A stretch of DNA of 64,000 bases from positions 1,302,001 to 1,366,000 of the forward strand of contig JAYWIR010000035.1 of NCBI GenBank assembly GCA_036172245.1, in the 5' to 3' direction. The stretch comes from Raillietiella orientalis (taxonomy: Eukaryota). Both the position numbers and the translations under genes were made by a program. Under the pieces are notes generated by a model that worked only from the letters and a program-made list of their open reading frames with translations, ran no database searches and was not told the DNA's origin. This document shows positions 21,223 through 32,700 of this stretch, piece by piece. Within the stretch, counting starts at the first letter, position 1, and every line of letters starts with the position of its first letter.

Positions 21223-23614
21223 GTGAGTTCCTCCTTAATTCCCTGTCGTTGCTATTGTTGCTCTTGTGACTGGATGTTCCGTGCGGGTGAGCGCGTGCAT
21301 TCTGCTGCTCCTTCCCTCTGTGGGGGAAGAAAAAGTCCCTACCGATCCCGCCTCCTCCCGTGCCCGGATTTTTTTCCCTTTGCTGTTTTCCCTGTTTGTT
21401 TTCTTTCTTTCTTTGTTGTTTGCGTGCTTTATGCGTACGCATGCGTTCCTCCCGTTCTGCGCCAGAGGGCAGGGGAGATGTGTCTTCCTGAGCACGCGGA
21501 GTCCCGGTTTTCCTTTTTTGTCCCCGGTTCCTCCCCCAGAGGGGGGAGAAGGTGGGAGGATGGGTGGGGAGAATCGGAGGGAGGAGACGAGCCCGTCCCG
21601 TTATTCCGTCCGTTCCCCTCCTTCCTGAGGGAGCTACCCTCCGTCACATGCGACCGGCAGGACCTCGACCGCCGCTACGACGACGACTGCGACGTCTTAG
21701 GGGCGGCCAAACTCCTTCCCTCCCCCCCCCCTCCTCTTTTTTTTTCTTGTTCCTCCCCACTCCTCTTTTTTCTTTTTTTTCTTGTTCCTCCCCCCCTCCT
21801 CTTTTTTTCTCTTGTTCCTCCCCCCTCCATTTTTGCCGGTCTGTCCTCGGGAACCGGCGTGGGCGCAACCGCAGTTTCCGCAGCGGCCCGAACGCTCGCA
21901 GAAGCAGCAGCGCGCCGCTTTGCTCCCTGCCCGGCGGGATGCCGCGCCGCCGACTCCCGATCTTCTCGCACGCGCGCTGAAATGGAGAGTGCGCGCGAGC
22001 GCGTGGATTTTCCTTTCCCGGGTCTCCGGAGCGTCCGATGCTCACCTTCATCCAACCGAGCAGCCTGGGTATCCTTGAACTTGAAGATTCACCGTTAGCC
22101 GCTCACTTTCTCTGCCGCTTCCGCGATGTGACGTCATCGCTGTGGGGCAGTAGGACAAGAGTATCCGCTCTTTCGCTTCCTACATTTCTCACGTGATTTT
22201 TTTTTCTTTTTGTGGCCCCCCAGCTCTCGCCCTGTGCGACTGGTCGGACCTGCAGAAGACTAGGAGGAGCATCGCCCACAGCTTCATGTTCCCGCGCCCG
22301 TCCAGCCAGAAAGGCGACCTCCTGGAAGAATCCATCAGCCGGGAACTGGACCACATGATGGAGGCCTTGCGCTCCCGCGCGGACGAGTGCCTGAAGCCCA
22401 AATTCCTCCTGCTGCGGACCTGCGCCAACATCTTCTGCCAGTACCTCTGCTCCCAGAGGTTTGACTCCGAGGACGAGCAGTTCCAGAAGATGGTCCGGGA
22501 ATTCGACTTCATCTTCTACGACATCAACAAGGGATATGCCTTCGACTTCCTTCCCTGGATCTCCTGCTTCTACTCCGGCCACTTCGCGAAGCTGGAGGGC
22601 TGGAGCAAGAGCATCCGGAAATTCATCCGGGACCGCATCATCTCCGTGCACTGCCAGGAGGCGAAGGACTCCCAGAGGCCCACGGACATGGTTGACGCCC
22701 TCATCACGCACGTCAAGGAGGAGGGCAATGACGTGGGCTGGGAGATTGCTCTCTTCGAGCTGGAAGACCTGCTAGGGGGCAGCTCGGCGGTGGGCAACTT
22801 CTGGATGCAGGCGCTGGTAAAGATATCCTCGCTCCCGGATGTCCTGCAGAACATCCAGAAGGAGATATCCGAGGTCACGGGCAACGAGAGACCCGTCTGC
22901 CTCGAGGACCGGCCTCGCATGCCCTACACCGAAGCGACCATCATGGAGTCTCTGCGCACGATCTCTTCGCCCATCGTCCCTCACGTCGCCGTGGAGGACA
23001 CACAACTCACAGGTGAGCGCCATCCAGAACCCTCATTCCACTCCCCCTTTCCCCACGCTTCCGAACCGGGAGCTGCAGCTCTCCCTGCCTGAAGCGGTGG
23101 ACTCTCGGAGAGAATCCCAGAGATCACGACTTCTGCGACCGCAGAGGGGAAGGGGTGGGGGCCTCGCGGGCAGCTCCTGGTGCCTCTCCGCTTCCTTTTT
23201 CCTTTTCCCCCTCCCCCGCTCCGAGTGTACTGCCGGCCCCCGCACGAGACACACGAAGGAGCTCTGCTTCCCTTTCCAGATTTCCACATTCCCTCGGGAA
23301 CCATGGTCTTCCTGGACAACCACGATCTCAACAACAACCCTCGATTCTGGAAGGACCCCCATGAGTTCGACCCCAGCCGCTTCGTCAAGCTCGGGAAGCT
23401 CTCGAAGCCCGAGTACTTCATACCATTCAGCACGGGAAAGAGGGCGTGCATGGGCCACCGCCTGGTCAGCACGGTCACCTTCCTGGGGCTGGCGAGGATA
23501 CTACAGGAGTTTTCCCCGGAGCTGCCCGGTGGGGTGTCCTCGGAGGACCTGCCGAAGGGATGCCTCGCCCTGCCCTTCGACACGTTCTCCATGGTCTTCT
23601 CCCCGCGCCAGTGA
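20832..23614 (+). CDS. CYP307: Cytochrome P450 CYP307 family (spook/spookier-like, CYP2 clan); join(20832..21222,22224..23012,23280..23614), 504 aa
   Basis: 1515 nt in frame with two phase-1 GT-AG introns. ER anchor plus PPGP hinge; CYP307 hallmark FGGDRDNSLALCDWS spanning intron 1; I-helix LEDLLGGSSAVGN; ExxR (ESLR); PERF-like PSRF; heme motif FSTGKRACMG. Confidence 0.95.
21722..21828. repeat. Imperfect polypyrimidine tandem repeat, about 3 copies of CTCCTC(T)nCTTGTTCCTCCCC, in CYP307 intron 1
   Basis: CTTGTTCCTCCCC occurs three times with variable T-run spacers. Confidence 0.75.
22129..22136. promoter_or_regulatory. Palindromic CRE (TGACGTCA) in CYP307 intron 1
   Basis: Exact consensus match; function untested. 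Confidence 0.3.
22224..23012 (+). CDS. CYP307: CYP307 exon 2
   Basis: Acceptor polypyrimidine tract plus CCCCAG; SLALCDWS through the I- and K-helices; donor CAG|GTGAGC. Confidence 0.95.
23280..23614 (+). CDS. CYP307: CYP307 exon 3 (heme-binding)
   Basis: Acceptor CCCTTTCCAG; FDPSRF; PFSTGKRACMG; TGA stop. Confidence 0.95.
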
Positions 23615-23775
23615 GAGCGCCTCGGGACCGCCGCCGTCCCTCGCCTCTCCCCTCTGAAGCGCCGACCGGCACCGACACCTCTCCTCTCGACCTGTACCAA
23701 AAACTTCCACTCCAGGGGAAGGTCACAGTACAAAAAAGCTTTGTGATGTCTTGTTGCAAATTTTACTTAAACGTT

Positions 23776-23781
23776 ATTAAA
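23776..23781 (+). terminator. Putative CYP307 polyadenylation signal ATTAAA
   Basis: ATTAAA in a short AT-rich patch about 160 nt after the stop, within otherwise GC-rich sequence. Confidence 0.5.
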
Positions 23782-26700
23782 GTCTAATTTTATACACTCC
23801 CTCGGTTCCGGGAGGAGGGGATGGGAAGAAGGGCACGGGAGGGGAGTACTCGCGGACTAGCCCCTCTGCATCCTCAGGAGACGCGAGAGACCTCGCGCCG
23901 CGGAGCGGGGATCCCTTGATCACCCCTAAGGAACGCTCCGAAAGTAACAGCAGAAGGGGGTGGAGGGGGAGAGGCTGCTATTCCTGGGAGCAACCTGAAG
24001 AAGGAGGAAGGGAAAAGTAGGAGGGGGGGGAAGGGAATGGGGAGAGTTCGCCTCCTGGAGGAAGAGGAATGGAGCGCGTGTGGAGGAAGAAGGAAGGGAA
24101 GCTGCTACAGCGGCGGTGGCCTCCTGCGCCAGGGAAAACGCCCAAGAGGCGCTGTTTCGTCTCTAGGAGGCAACGACATCTCCTAGCATGGTAGTGTGCC
24201 CCCTCCTTCCCCTCCTCCTCTTTCCCTGAGACTCCTTCGTGCCAAAACCTGCCCGCTGGAGGGGGCTGCGGGAGGAGGAGTGCCGAGGAAGGCTGCGGCC
24301 CTCGAGGTTCCAGGTCTTCGCATCCCCCTCGCCCGAGGGAGAGGCGGACCTTCTTCTTTCCTGCCTCTCCTCCCCCCCCCTCCCCGCACGCTCCTTCCCG
24401 GGGAGCGGGGCGCGCGCGTTGCTCCGTCGCTTCGGATCGCCACTGGACGCCAGGCCAGTCCCTGAGGGAACGCGGAGATGCCGGGAGACTTCCGAAGACC
24501 CTCCAGGCGGCGAACTCTTGCAGGATGGGTTTATTGTGTTTGCGGAGTCGCCCACGTAGCTAGGCAACAGCGGCAGACACCCTTGGAAACCCGACATGTC
24601 CTGAGCATCCCCCCGACGCGCTCCCGAGGCGACGCCTCGGGACGGGCGCAGCGGGGAGAGGTTTGGCGCCGAGCCGACCTCGACCTCCCGCAGACACGGG
24701 CAGCAGCAGCGCCGCCAACTCCGTTTCCTGGGAGCGGAGAACTCTCCAGGGTGAGCCGTTTCAATGGCGTCTGTGCGTGCTCCGACTGGGAGGCGGCGGG
24801 CCGAGTGTTTCCCGGAAGGCCCCCAGGACCCACCGCGCGCGGGTCCTGGAGGATGGACGGGGCGAGGAGAAAGGAATTAGCGTTCCTTATCACGCGAAGA
24901 GCAGCAGCCGGCTATCGACGGGAGAGTGCGGGAGGAGATCCGTGCGATCCTGAGAAAGAACACGAACCCTCCCCTTCCCCTTCCGCTCCGCTCTCTCGCA
25001 AAGTCTGTTCTCCAGGTAGACGGGCCTGGGATGACTGAACCCCAGGACCCATCCCCGATAGCGGTCCCCGATTCTTCCTCCCTCGGGACAGCGTGCCTGG
25101 ATCGCGAGAGGCTGGAGGGACGGTGAGGGTGGGATCCGTGAGGAGGGGGAGGTTCCTGCCGGGGTATCCCCCCTTGAGAGCTCCGTCCGGGTTCGCCTCC
25201 ACCCGAAAGGAGTGGAGGAAACGGGTGCTCGCCGGCTCCACATGCGGCCTGGCAGCCTCCTTGTCGCTTTTCCCTGAGCCATCCTGTCCGAACACCGCCC
25301 GGGGCTGTCGGGTGGCGGGCGATAAAACAGGTCGTTGGGGTGCTGCACCGCCGGCAGCGCCGAGATGTGGTCATCTTCGGGGTGCTGTTCCCCATCGCCC
25401 GGGGGGAGGGGGGGAAAGGACCTCTTCTGCGCTTTTATCGAACGGTGCCGCCGCCCGTGGAACACCCGAAGTTCCACCTCCCTGCTGCCTCCCTTCCCCC
25501 GATCCCCAGGGGTGGGAGACGGAAGCGGGGCCCTCGCGCCGCCCTTTCGAAGGTGCCTACCGGAGGCGGCGGTGACAACCCGGCCGTGCCGGTCGGGGTG
25601 CGCCCTGACTGGCCTTTAACGGGCAGGAACGGACGTCCACGCGGCCAGGCCGTTCTCCAGAGGACACGCCGGTGATGGCGGAGGGGCGCGCGGCGGGCGA
25701 TCCAGAAGCCCCGACAGGCGAGCCGGGGAGAATGGCCACCACTTGGCGGCGCTCCCGCTCCTCGGAGACGGGACTGCCCGCTCACCTGCCCGTTTCGTGG
25801 AGTCGTTCCGTAGCTCTCAGCGCACGCGCCGTCCGCACGGCGACGGCGGCGACTCCTGGGCAGCAGGAAGGAAGGACCTGCGCGCCGGCTCGGAGGAGAA
25901 CCCGGATGCCGGGTCTCTGGAGGCGCTCCTCCGGTCCCAAGCCTCCGCCCAGTAGTCGCCCTGCTCCCATGAAGGGGTGCGCCTTTCGCACCCCGCTCCG
26001 GGTGGCGAAAGGCTTGCGCACCCGGTCACCTCACGAAAGGAGCGGCGTACGGACCCCAGTGGGGTGTGGAGACAGAGCGGTGAGTCGGCGACCCTCAAGC
26101 AAAATCGATGGACGTCCGCTATTTTGTTCTGGGATAAGGCTGGGTCGGGTTCGAATCCCGAGGCGCAATGGCTGGCGGCTAAAGAGACATGGAATCGTTA
26201 TGATCGGTGACTGTTATGATTGTTATGGTTGTCATGGTTTCCAGCGGCATCTTTGGGGCCCCACGGAACCTCAGCAGACCTTGAAATCTCTAATTGGCGC
26301 TTCCACGTGAGCACGACACGTCCCTAGCGTGACGGGGCGTTGAGGACCCACGCCGGTGAACACCTGCGCGTGGACACGCTCCGCGGTGTTTCGAAGAGAA
26401 CTGGCGAGCAGCGGTCCGTCGGGTGAAAACGCCTTTGGCGCGTTTCGCCCTCCGGGCGCGCCGCCGATCGGCGCGGCTCCTCGTGGGGAAGGGGAGGAGG
26501 GGAAAGCTGCCGCGCGTCCGCCTCCGCCCTGTTCCTCTCGGGGTGCCGAAACCAAGACACTGTGGTCCCGCGTCACGCCGGGAGGGGGTGGAAGAGACGA
26601 GAGGGCGGTGCGGGTTCCTGGAAGAAAAATTCCCTCCCCCTCACCTTCCTATTCCTCCGGAGGGGAGCGCGAGAGAGAGAATGAGAAACGCGCGGATCCT

Positions 26701-29700
26701 GGATTCCGCCAGGTTCGCACGTTCCGGGGGACTCTCTCGTGCAAGAAAACACAAGCCTGTTGACATCCCGGTGGCGACCTTAGAATAGAGGTCACGCTAC
26801 GGCGAAGCCAATCGCTGAATACGAGGCCAGAATTACGACAGCAGCCCGCGCCGGCAAGGCACGCGCATCCTCAACCCATGGCGGAGGAGCGGGAAGGACT
26901 GGACGGGCGACGGGAGCCTCGGAATCGGTTTCGGGACGAGGTCCCGTCCTCATCCCGCGAAGACAGCTGGAATTTCGCAGGGATGGCAGCGACGGCAATT
27001 CGCCGGGGAAGGAGAGGTAGGGATCGTCGCGGAGGCTGCTGCTGACGTCACCACTGCATGTCCCATGGCACTCTCTCGTCTTCCAGCGAGGCTGGCATGC
27101 CGGAGCTTCAAGGAAAAGCCACCCCCTCCCCGACACCCGGCAGGCGGACCCTTTCATCCCCCAGCTCGCGGGATGCACCGGATGGTTGCGACGCTCGCTA
27201 GGCTGCCGGGCAGCGAGTCAAGGCTCCGGGAAGAGGCGCAGACGGGTGGAACCCGAGTGAGGAAGAAAAGTGGCGAAGATCGTGGAGGATGCGCCCTCGA
27301 GAGCGTGCACGCCAGTACGGGGAAGCGCGGAGACGAGGAGGAACCGACCAGAACTGACTCTGCGCACGCGCGGAGGTGCAGGCGAGGAGCGCCGGCGCGT
27401 AGCTGCTTCCCGCTTGGCCCCCCGGCTTCCGGACGGGCCTTCCGCCGCCACCACCGTGTCGCTAGCGTGGCCGCTGGGGAAACGCGCCTATGGGAGCGTT
27501 CGGAGAAGACGGGGAGAGGGAGGAGGAGGAAGAAGAGGGTACGCGCTGCTCGAGCCTTGCGCCACGGCACCTGGCTGGAGAACCAACGAGCTTTGTTTTC
27601 CTGATGGCACGAATGCCTTGGAAGGAAAAAATAGGTCGTGAATTCGAGGTGAGGTCTCACTTGTTTACAGAGAGGCAGCTTTTGTTGCGGAGAAGAAACG
27701 ACAAGAGTAAGAGGAGAGAGATGCTGCGAGCGAGCAGCAAGTGCTACTCGTAAACACGAATAATTCATGCGCATGAAAGTTGGCAAATAAAGAAGGAAGA
27801 AGAAGAAGAAAAAAAATCCCAAAGAGAGAAACGGAAAAGAGAAAAGAAGAAAGCGCGCTCGATTGAGGGGACCCCCCCCTCCCCCTTCGTCTACTTAAGG
27901 GGAACTTCCAGAACGCTCCGAGCGACGCTCTCGGGCCGCGGCGGAACCAGGCGGCCTCTCGGGGACGGACGGCGGAGTCGGTCGGAAGAGGCAACCCGAC
28001 GACCGTTCTTTGTGCCGGCGGTCGCGCGCGCGTTCCGCGAGCTTCCTGGCCGCTCCTCTTCCCCCGCCACGAGTGCACAGCAGAGAGAAGCCGGTGAGCG
28101 TCCTGGTCGCGTATGCAAATCCAGGAAGAGAGGAAAAAGTAACCCCGAGAGCCCAGGTGACCTTCCATACTCTCGTGAGGAGGAGAAGGAGGAGGAGGAT
28201 ACGAAACGCTGGCACGCGCCGCTGCCCCGTGACCCGGGGTCAACCTCCCCGCGGACCGCCGCCGGTTCTCGGCCCTCTTCATCCACCTGTCCAGGACGCT
28301 ACAGAGAAAGAGAGGACGAGGCTGCAGCTGCAACTCCGACGGCGCCCTCTTCACAGCGAGCTGCTCCCCTTCGTCGAAGCTGCTGCTACTGCTGCTCCTC
28401 AAGCTGGAAGTGAGACGTCGTCGAACGCCGCTCGACCTCGCATCCCGAGGTCACGACGGACATTTCTCTCTCGAATCCAGGGTGCGACTATCCGGTTGCA
28501 CCCATGTCCAGGAGGGGCTCCACCCCTGCGAGTTTGTATTCCTTCCCAGAGCAGTTGCCACTCTGGATCTCCCTCATTCTCCTCGCTGAACATCGGAGCT
28601 TCCGCGATCCCGGAGCTGCCTGAGTTTCCTGTCGGAGGCTGCGCTCGCCGTTCGCGCGCTTTCGGTTACGTGGCTAACGCGACCTGGAGGAGCTCACGCG
28701 AACGACGGGTCAAGCGAAAGATCAGCACCTGCCGGCTTCTCAGCGAAACTGGCGATTTTTCCCGGGACGCGGAGCGGGACGGGACAGCACCCGCGCGGGA
28801 TCTCGAAGACCCGATCGACTGGCGTCCCGAGTCGGCAACCACCCGCCCGTCTGCCCTCAGCTCGCTGAGACGGAGCGGAAGGCGGGGCGCCGTCGCCAGT
28901 CTGCCGGGGCGCAACCCGCTGCTGCTGCAACTCCTCCCAGCCAGGGGATCCCCATTCCGAAGTCTCCTTTCGAAAAAGACTCTCTCCCGAGGCGCTCTAT
29001 TCGGGGCAGTCAGGAGGAGCAGCCAGCCTTTCGCCATCTCCCGGCACCGCCCTGGACTTGCCGCTCAAGGCGAGCTGAAAAGCCCTCACTCTGGGTTAGG
29101 GTCGCATTCTTCCCACCATCATCTCTGGAACCCTCCCGTCGCAGTGGACCGCCGAGGGCACGGGCAAGAGATCTCTACCTGACCATCCCGGCACCAGGGC
29201 GTGGGTTCGCGCCCGGTCGATAAAAGCTGGAGGCTCGCGGCTACGGCGGCTGCGCTGCCGCCCCTCCCAAAAGGAAAAAAACAGTCTGTTCCTACTCAGG
29301 TCCGCCCCCTGGGTCGCCCTTCTTCGCCTAGTCGCACCATGGGCGCCGACACCGCTCCAGTCCCAGGGTATCTTCTTGAAGTCCATGGTCGCAGCTTCCC
29401 CCCCACCCTCGAGGTTCGCTTTCGCCGTGCTGGCAACGACGGCATCTCGCGGGTGGGGTTGGGTGGGGGGGGGATCTCAGGCGGAAGCGTCCCTCGCGCG
29501 TGCGTGCGAGGTGCGGCTCCGGCACCGCACTGCCCTTGGATCGCTCCCGCGGTCAGCTTCAGAATCAGGACCCAGCGGTCAGGATCTTTCCCGATGGAGA
29601 GACGGAAGCGTTCCTCTCGCCCTTCCGGTGTGGATCAGTAGGGAATTCGTTTTGGCCACGGCTGAGACCGCGAGTCATGTCGCCCGGTGCTCTCGGAGGG

Positions 29701-32700
29701 GGAAGGACGGTGGTGGGGCACGGGGGGATCGCAGGGGATCCTCTCGGTGGCCTGCGACCATCGAGAAGGCCGTCCCGTCCGCGACCCTCTGCTCTCACGT
29801 TTCCGCCGGAGCATCGCAGATGTCGCACGCAGAAGATTCTTTTTTTCCTTGGTTCCCGACCCGGCGACGGCCATCGCCAAATATTTACCGGCCCTTCCCG
29901 GACCGACAGCAAATTGGATGATGATGCCTCCTCGTGTTTTTTGGTTTTGTTTTGCTTTGCTTTTCCGTTCTCTCTCTCTCTCTCGGATCGAAGTCGTTAA
30001 TGACACTTTGTAATGAGAGGAGGAATTTCGCGCTGCTCTGGTGAGCGGCGCAAAGCAATCAATCTGTGATGAGATTTTCGAATCGGAGATTCAGAGCTCT
30101 GTTTGCGAGCAGATCTCTCCCTCCCTCCTTCTCTTTCTCCTTCCCTCCCCTCCCCCCCCCATCCCTCTCTTCTTCCTCCGTTCCTGCTTTGTTTTCTGTC
30201 TGTCATCTTCTCACGGTTTTCTTTCTTTCTTCCTTTCCTATTTTCCATTCCACTTTGCTTAAGTAAATGGAGTTTCCGAATGACATCACTTTCGCTGACG
30301 GGATCACCTGATGCTCGCCGGAGGTTTCTGCAACGTGCAGCAGCAGCAGCAGCGGCGCCGCTGGTCCGTCGTTTTCGACCCGACGCTTCTGTCAAACGGG
30401 AACGAGAGATTAATTGGTCCAATTTTCGGAAGAATCACAAACAACGGCTGGATAGCTTTCCCCCCTCCCCCCTCACACGCACGCACCCGACACATTTTAT
30501 ATTCTTTCCATAAGGGAATGAAATCTCCCGCGGACGAGACAGTTCCATCCTCCAGGCAGGCTTGGTTAGCCGAATACCGTGCTCGGGAAGGCGGAGGAGG
30601 CGAGAGCAGAGTGTTGGCGCCATTTCGAATGGCGCGGTTATGAGCGTTTCGTCCGCCTAGTCAAACTGGCGACGAGGTTGTCAAGTTTTAATTGACCTGC
30701 CGACCTCGTAGCCACGGAAGCAATCTTCTTTGCTCAGAGCTTGGACCTAAATGTGGAATCGCAGATCCAGATGCAGCTCGACTGAGTCAGCGTGCTGCCA
30801 CCTTTGTGCAAAAATTCCTAACAGTCTTTGCAGAATTCCGCGTTTGCGCCTGCGTCTTCATCGACGGCTTCTGGTTTTGCCCAAAACTGCGGAAAACCGG
30901 CGAGGAAATCTCCTCGTGGAAAGCATCTCCCTCGAGAAGAGGAATGAGGAAAAAACAAAAAATGTGGAAAAGGTGGAAAAATCACCCGCAAGACAAACAT
31001 TGGGAAAAACATTAAGAAAAAGCAAGAATTGCAACAAAGGGATCGGCATCAAACATCGGGGAAGATTTGGGTGAGCGTGAAATCATCACTGAATGTCATG
31101 ATCACCAGGTGATTCAAATGCGCCTTGTGTAAAGAGAGAGAGAGAAAGAAAGAAAAGAAAAGCAGAAAGTTCTTGTAGATCCTATGATTCTCCTCCTTTG
31201 ATAAAGAGCGAAAATTGTCGATCGTCTCTTGTTGTGAGCGTGGCTTCCATGCATACGGTGAACGGCAGTCCTCAGTCTGCAAATTTATCGAAAGACGAAA
31301 CGGATCAGCAGAATTTCCCCCTCCCTCTGCGCCTGGATGAGGCACTCCTGGCAACCCTGCTGTTTCCGCAAGTCGTTGCTGAAGTGTGGATCCATGAGCA
31401 GCGTCGACGTGAATTCCCAGAGTTGACCTGCTGTGTCATGGGCGAGAGCACCCTTGGAGAGTAAGGGGGTTCGCTTTCGATTTCGATTCCGCTGTGTATT
31501 TTCTGGTTCCGAGGCATTTTATCAAGAGGCGGCAACATCATCCTTCTCTCATCCTCCTTCCCTGGAGAAAAACTTCCAAACACCCATCGGCTGCATTGCT
31601 TGCACAGAAGAAAGTTGGTCCGGCATCCAAATCCAGAGTCCAGAAGGTGTGAGTGACAACTTGAGGAAATTTGCAATCTGACTAAGCTGATTATACGTAA
31701 CGTGTTTCAACCCTTCCAACACTGGAGGGACGGCTTCCCGTGCCAGATGTGAGATGCACCGCAAAAAAGATGAGTCACGCGTGTCTCATCCATTTGTCTT
31801 TAGGCGACGTGTTTTGCTCTGGCGATTTCAAGAACAGAGGGCATTTTGGGGAGTTTTTAAACTCACGATATTCTTTGCTTCGAGACATGTCTTCCTCTGA
31901 GACACTTCATTATACATTCTAAGATGTTATCGTAGTATCTTTTGGATTCTTATCATCGCTCTTGAAATTCCTCCTTGGGTCCAGCTTCTGACCCAAATAA
32001 AGAGGATTTCTTTCAGTGCAATGCTGAAAATGGAAGCGACAGAACAAAGCACACCTTCAAAAACAAAAAGCAAATGACCTACAGGGAGGACCCAGCAACT
32101 TCTCTGTTGCTGTGCTGAATATGGAGCAATTCCTGAAATTTTTTTCAGAGAAACAGTAAGGAGGTTAGTTGAAGAGGAAAACAAAATGCGCACCGATCTG
32201 AATATCGGGTTGGGTATTCTTTCACCACCGCCTCATTCATTTCTGACGCATATGCGGAGGGCTCCTGTAGGAATTTTCGAATCACTTCCCGGTGCATAGC
32301 GAGCTCGAATACGGGTCCGATGGTGGAAAAAGCTTTCCAACTATCCGATGTCTTTCAGGGAACAGAAACCAGAGTTAAAGACCACATGGTTGAGGGGTCT
32401 TGAGTTCCCAATCGAACATTTCCACACCGCCTTGAGGATATAAGAATCATGGAAAGGGCACGTGCATACACTCGAGAAAGAGGGTGGTCCTCCATTCCAA
32501 AGGCTTTTCATGGTTTCAGAATCATATCGCACGCATTCAGAATCCCTGTTTTCTCTGTTCGTTACCAAGGAACAGCATCCGGAGTCTCTGACATCCTTCG
32601 CGTGGAAGAATCCAGGTTGCATCCAAGCGAACGGAGCATAGTAGAATATCGTGGCAAGCTGTCCCCTTCCATACCACCGATAGAATGTTTCTGAGATATT

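Noticed and set aside
28010..29182. 390-aa plus-strand ORF
   Set aside because: Arg/Pro/Ser-rich, with no motif and no proper start; expected by chance at this GC content.
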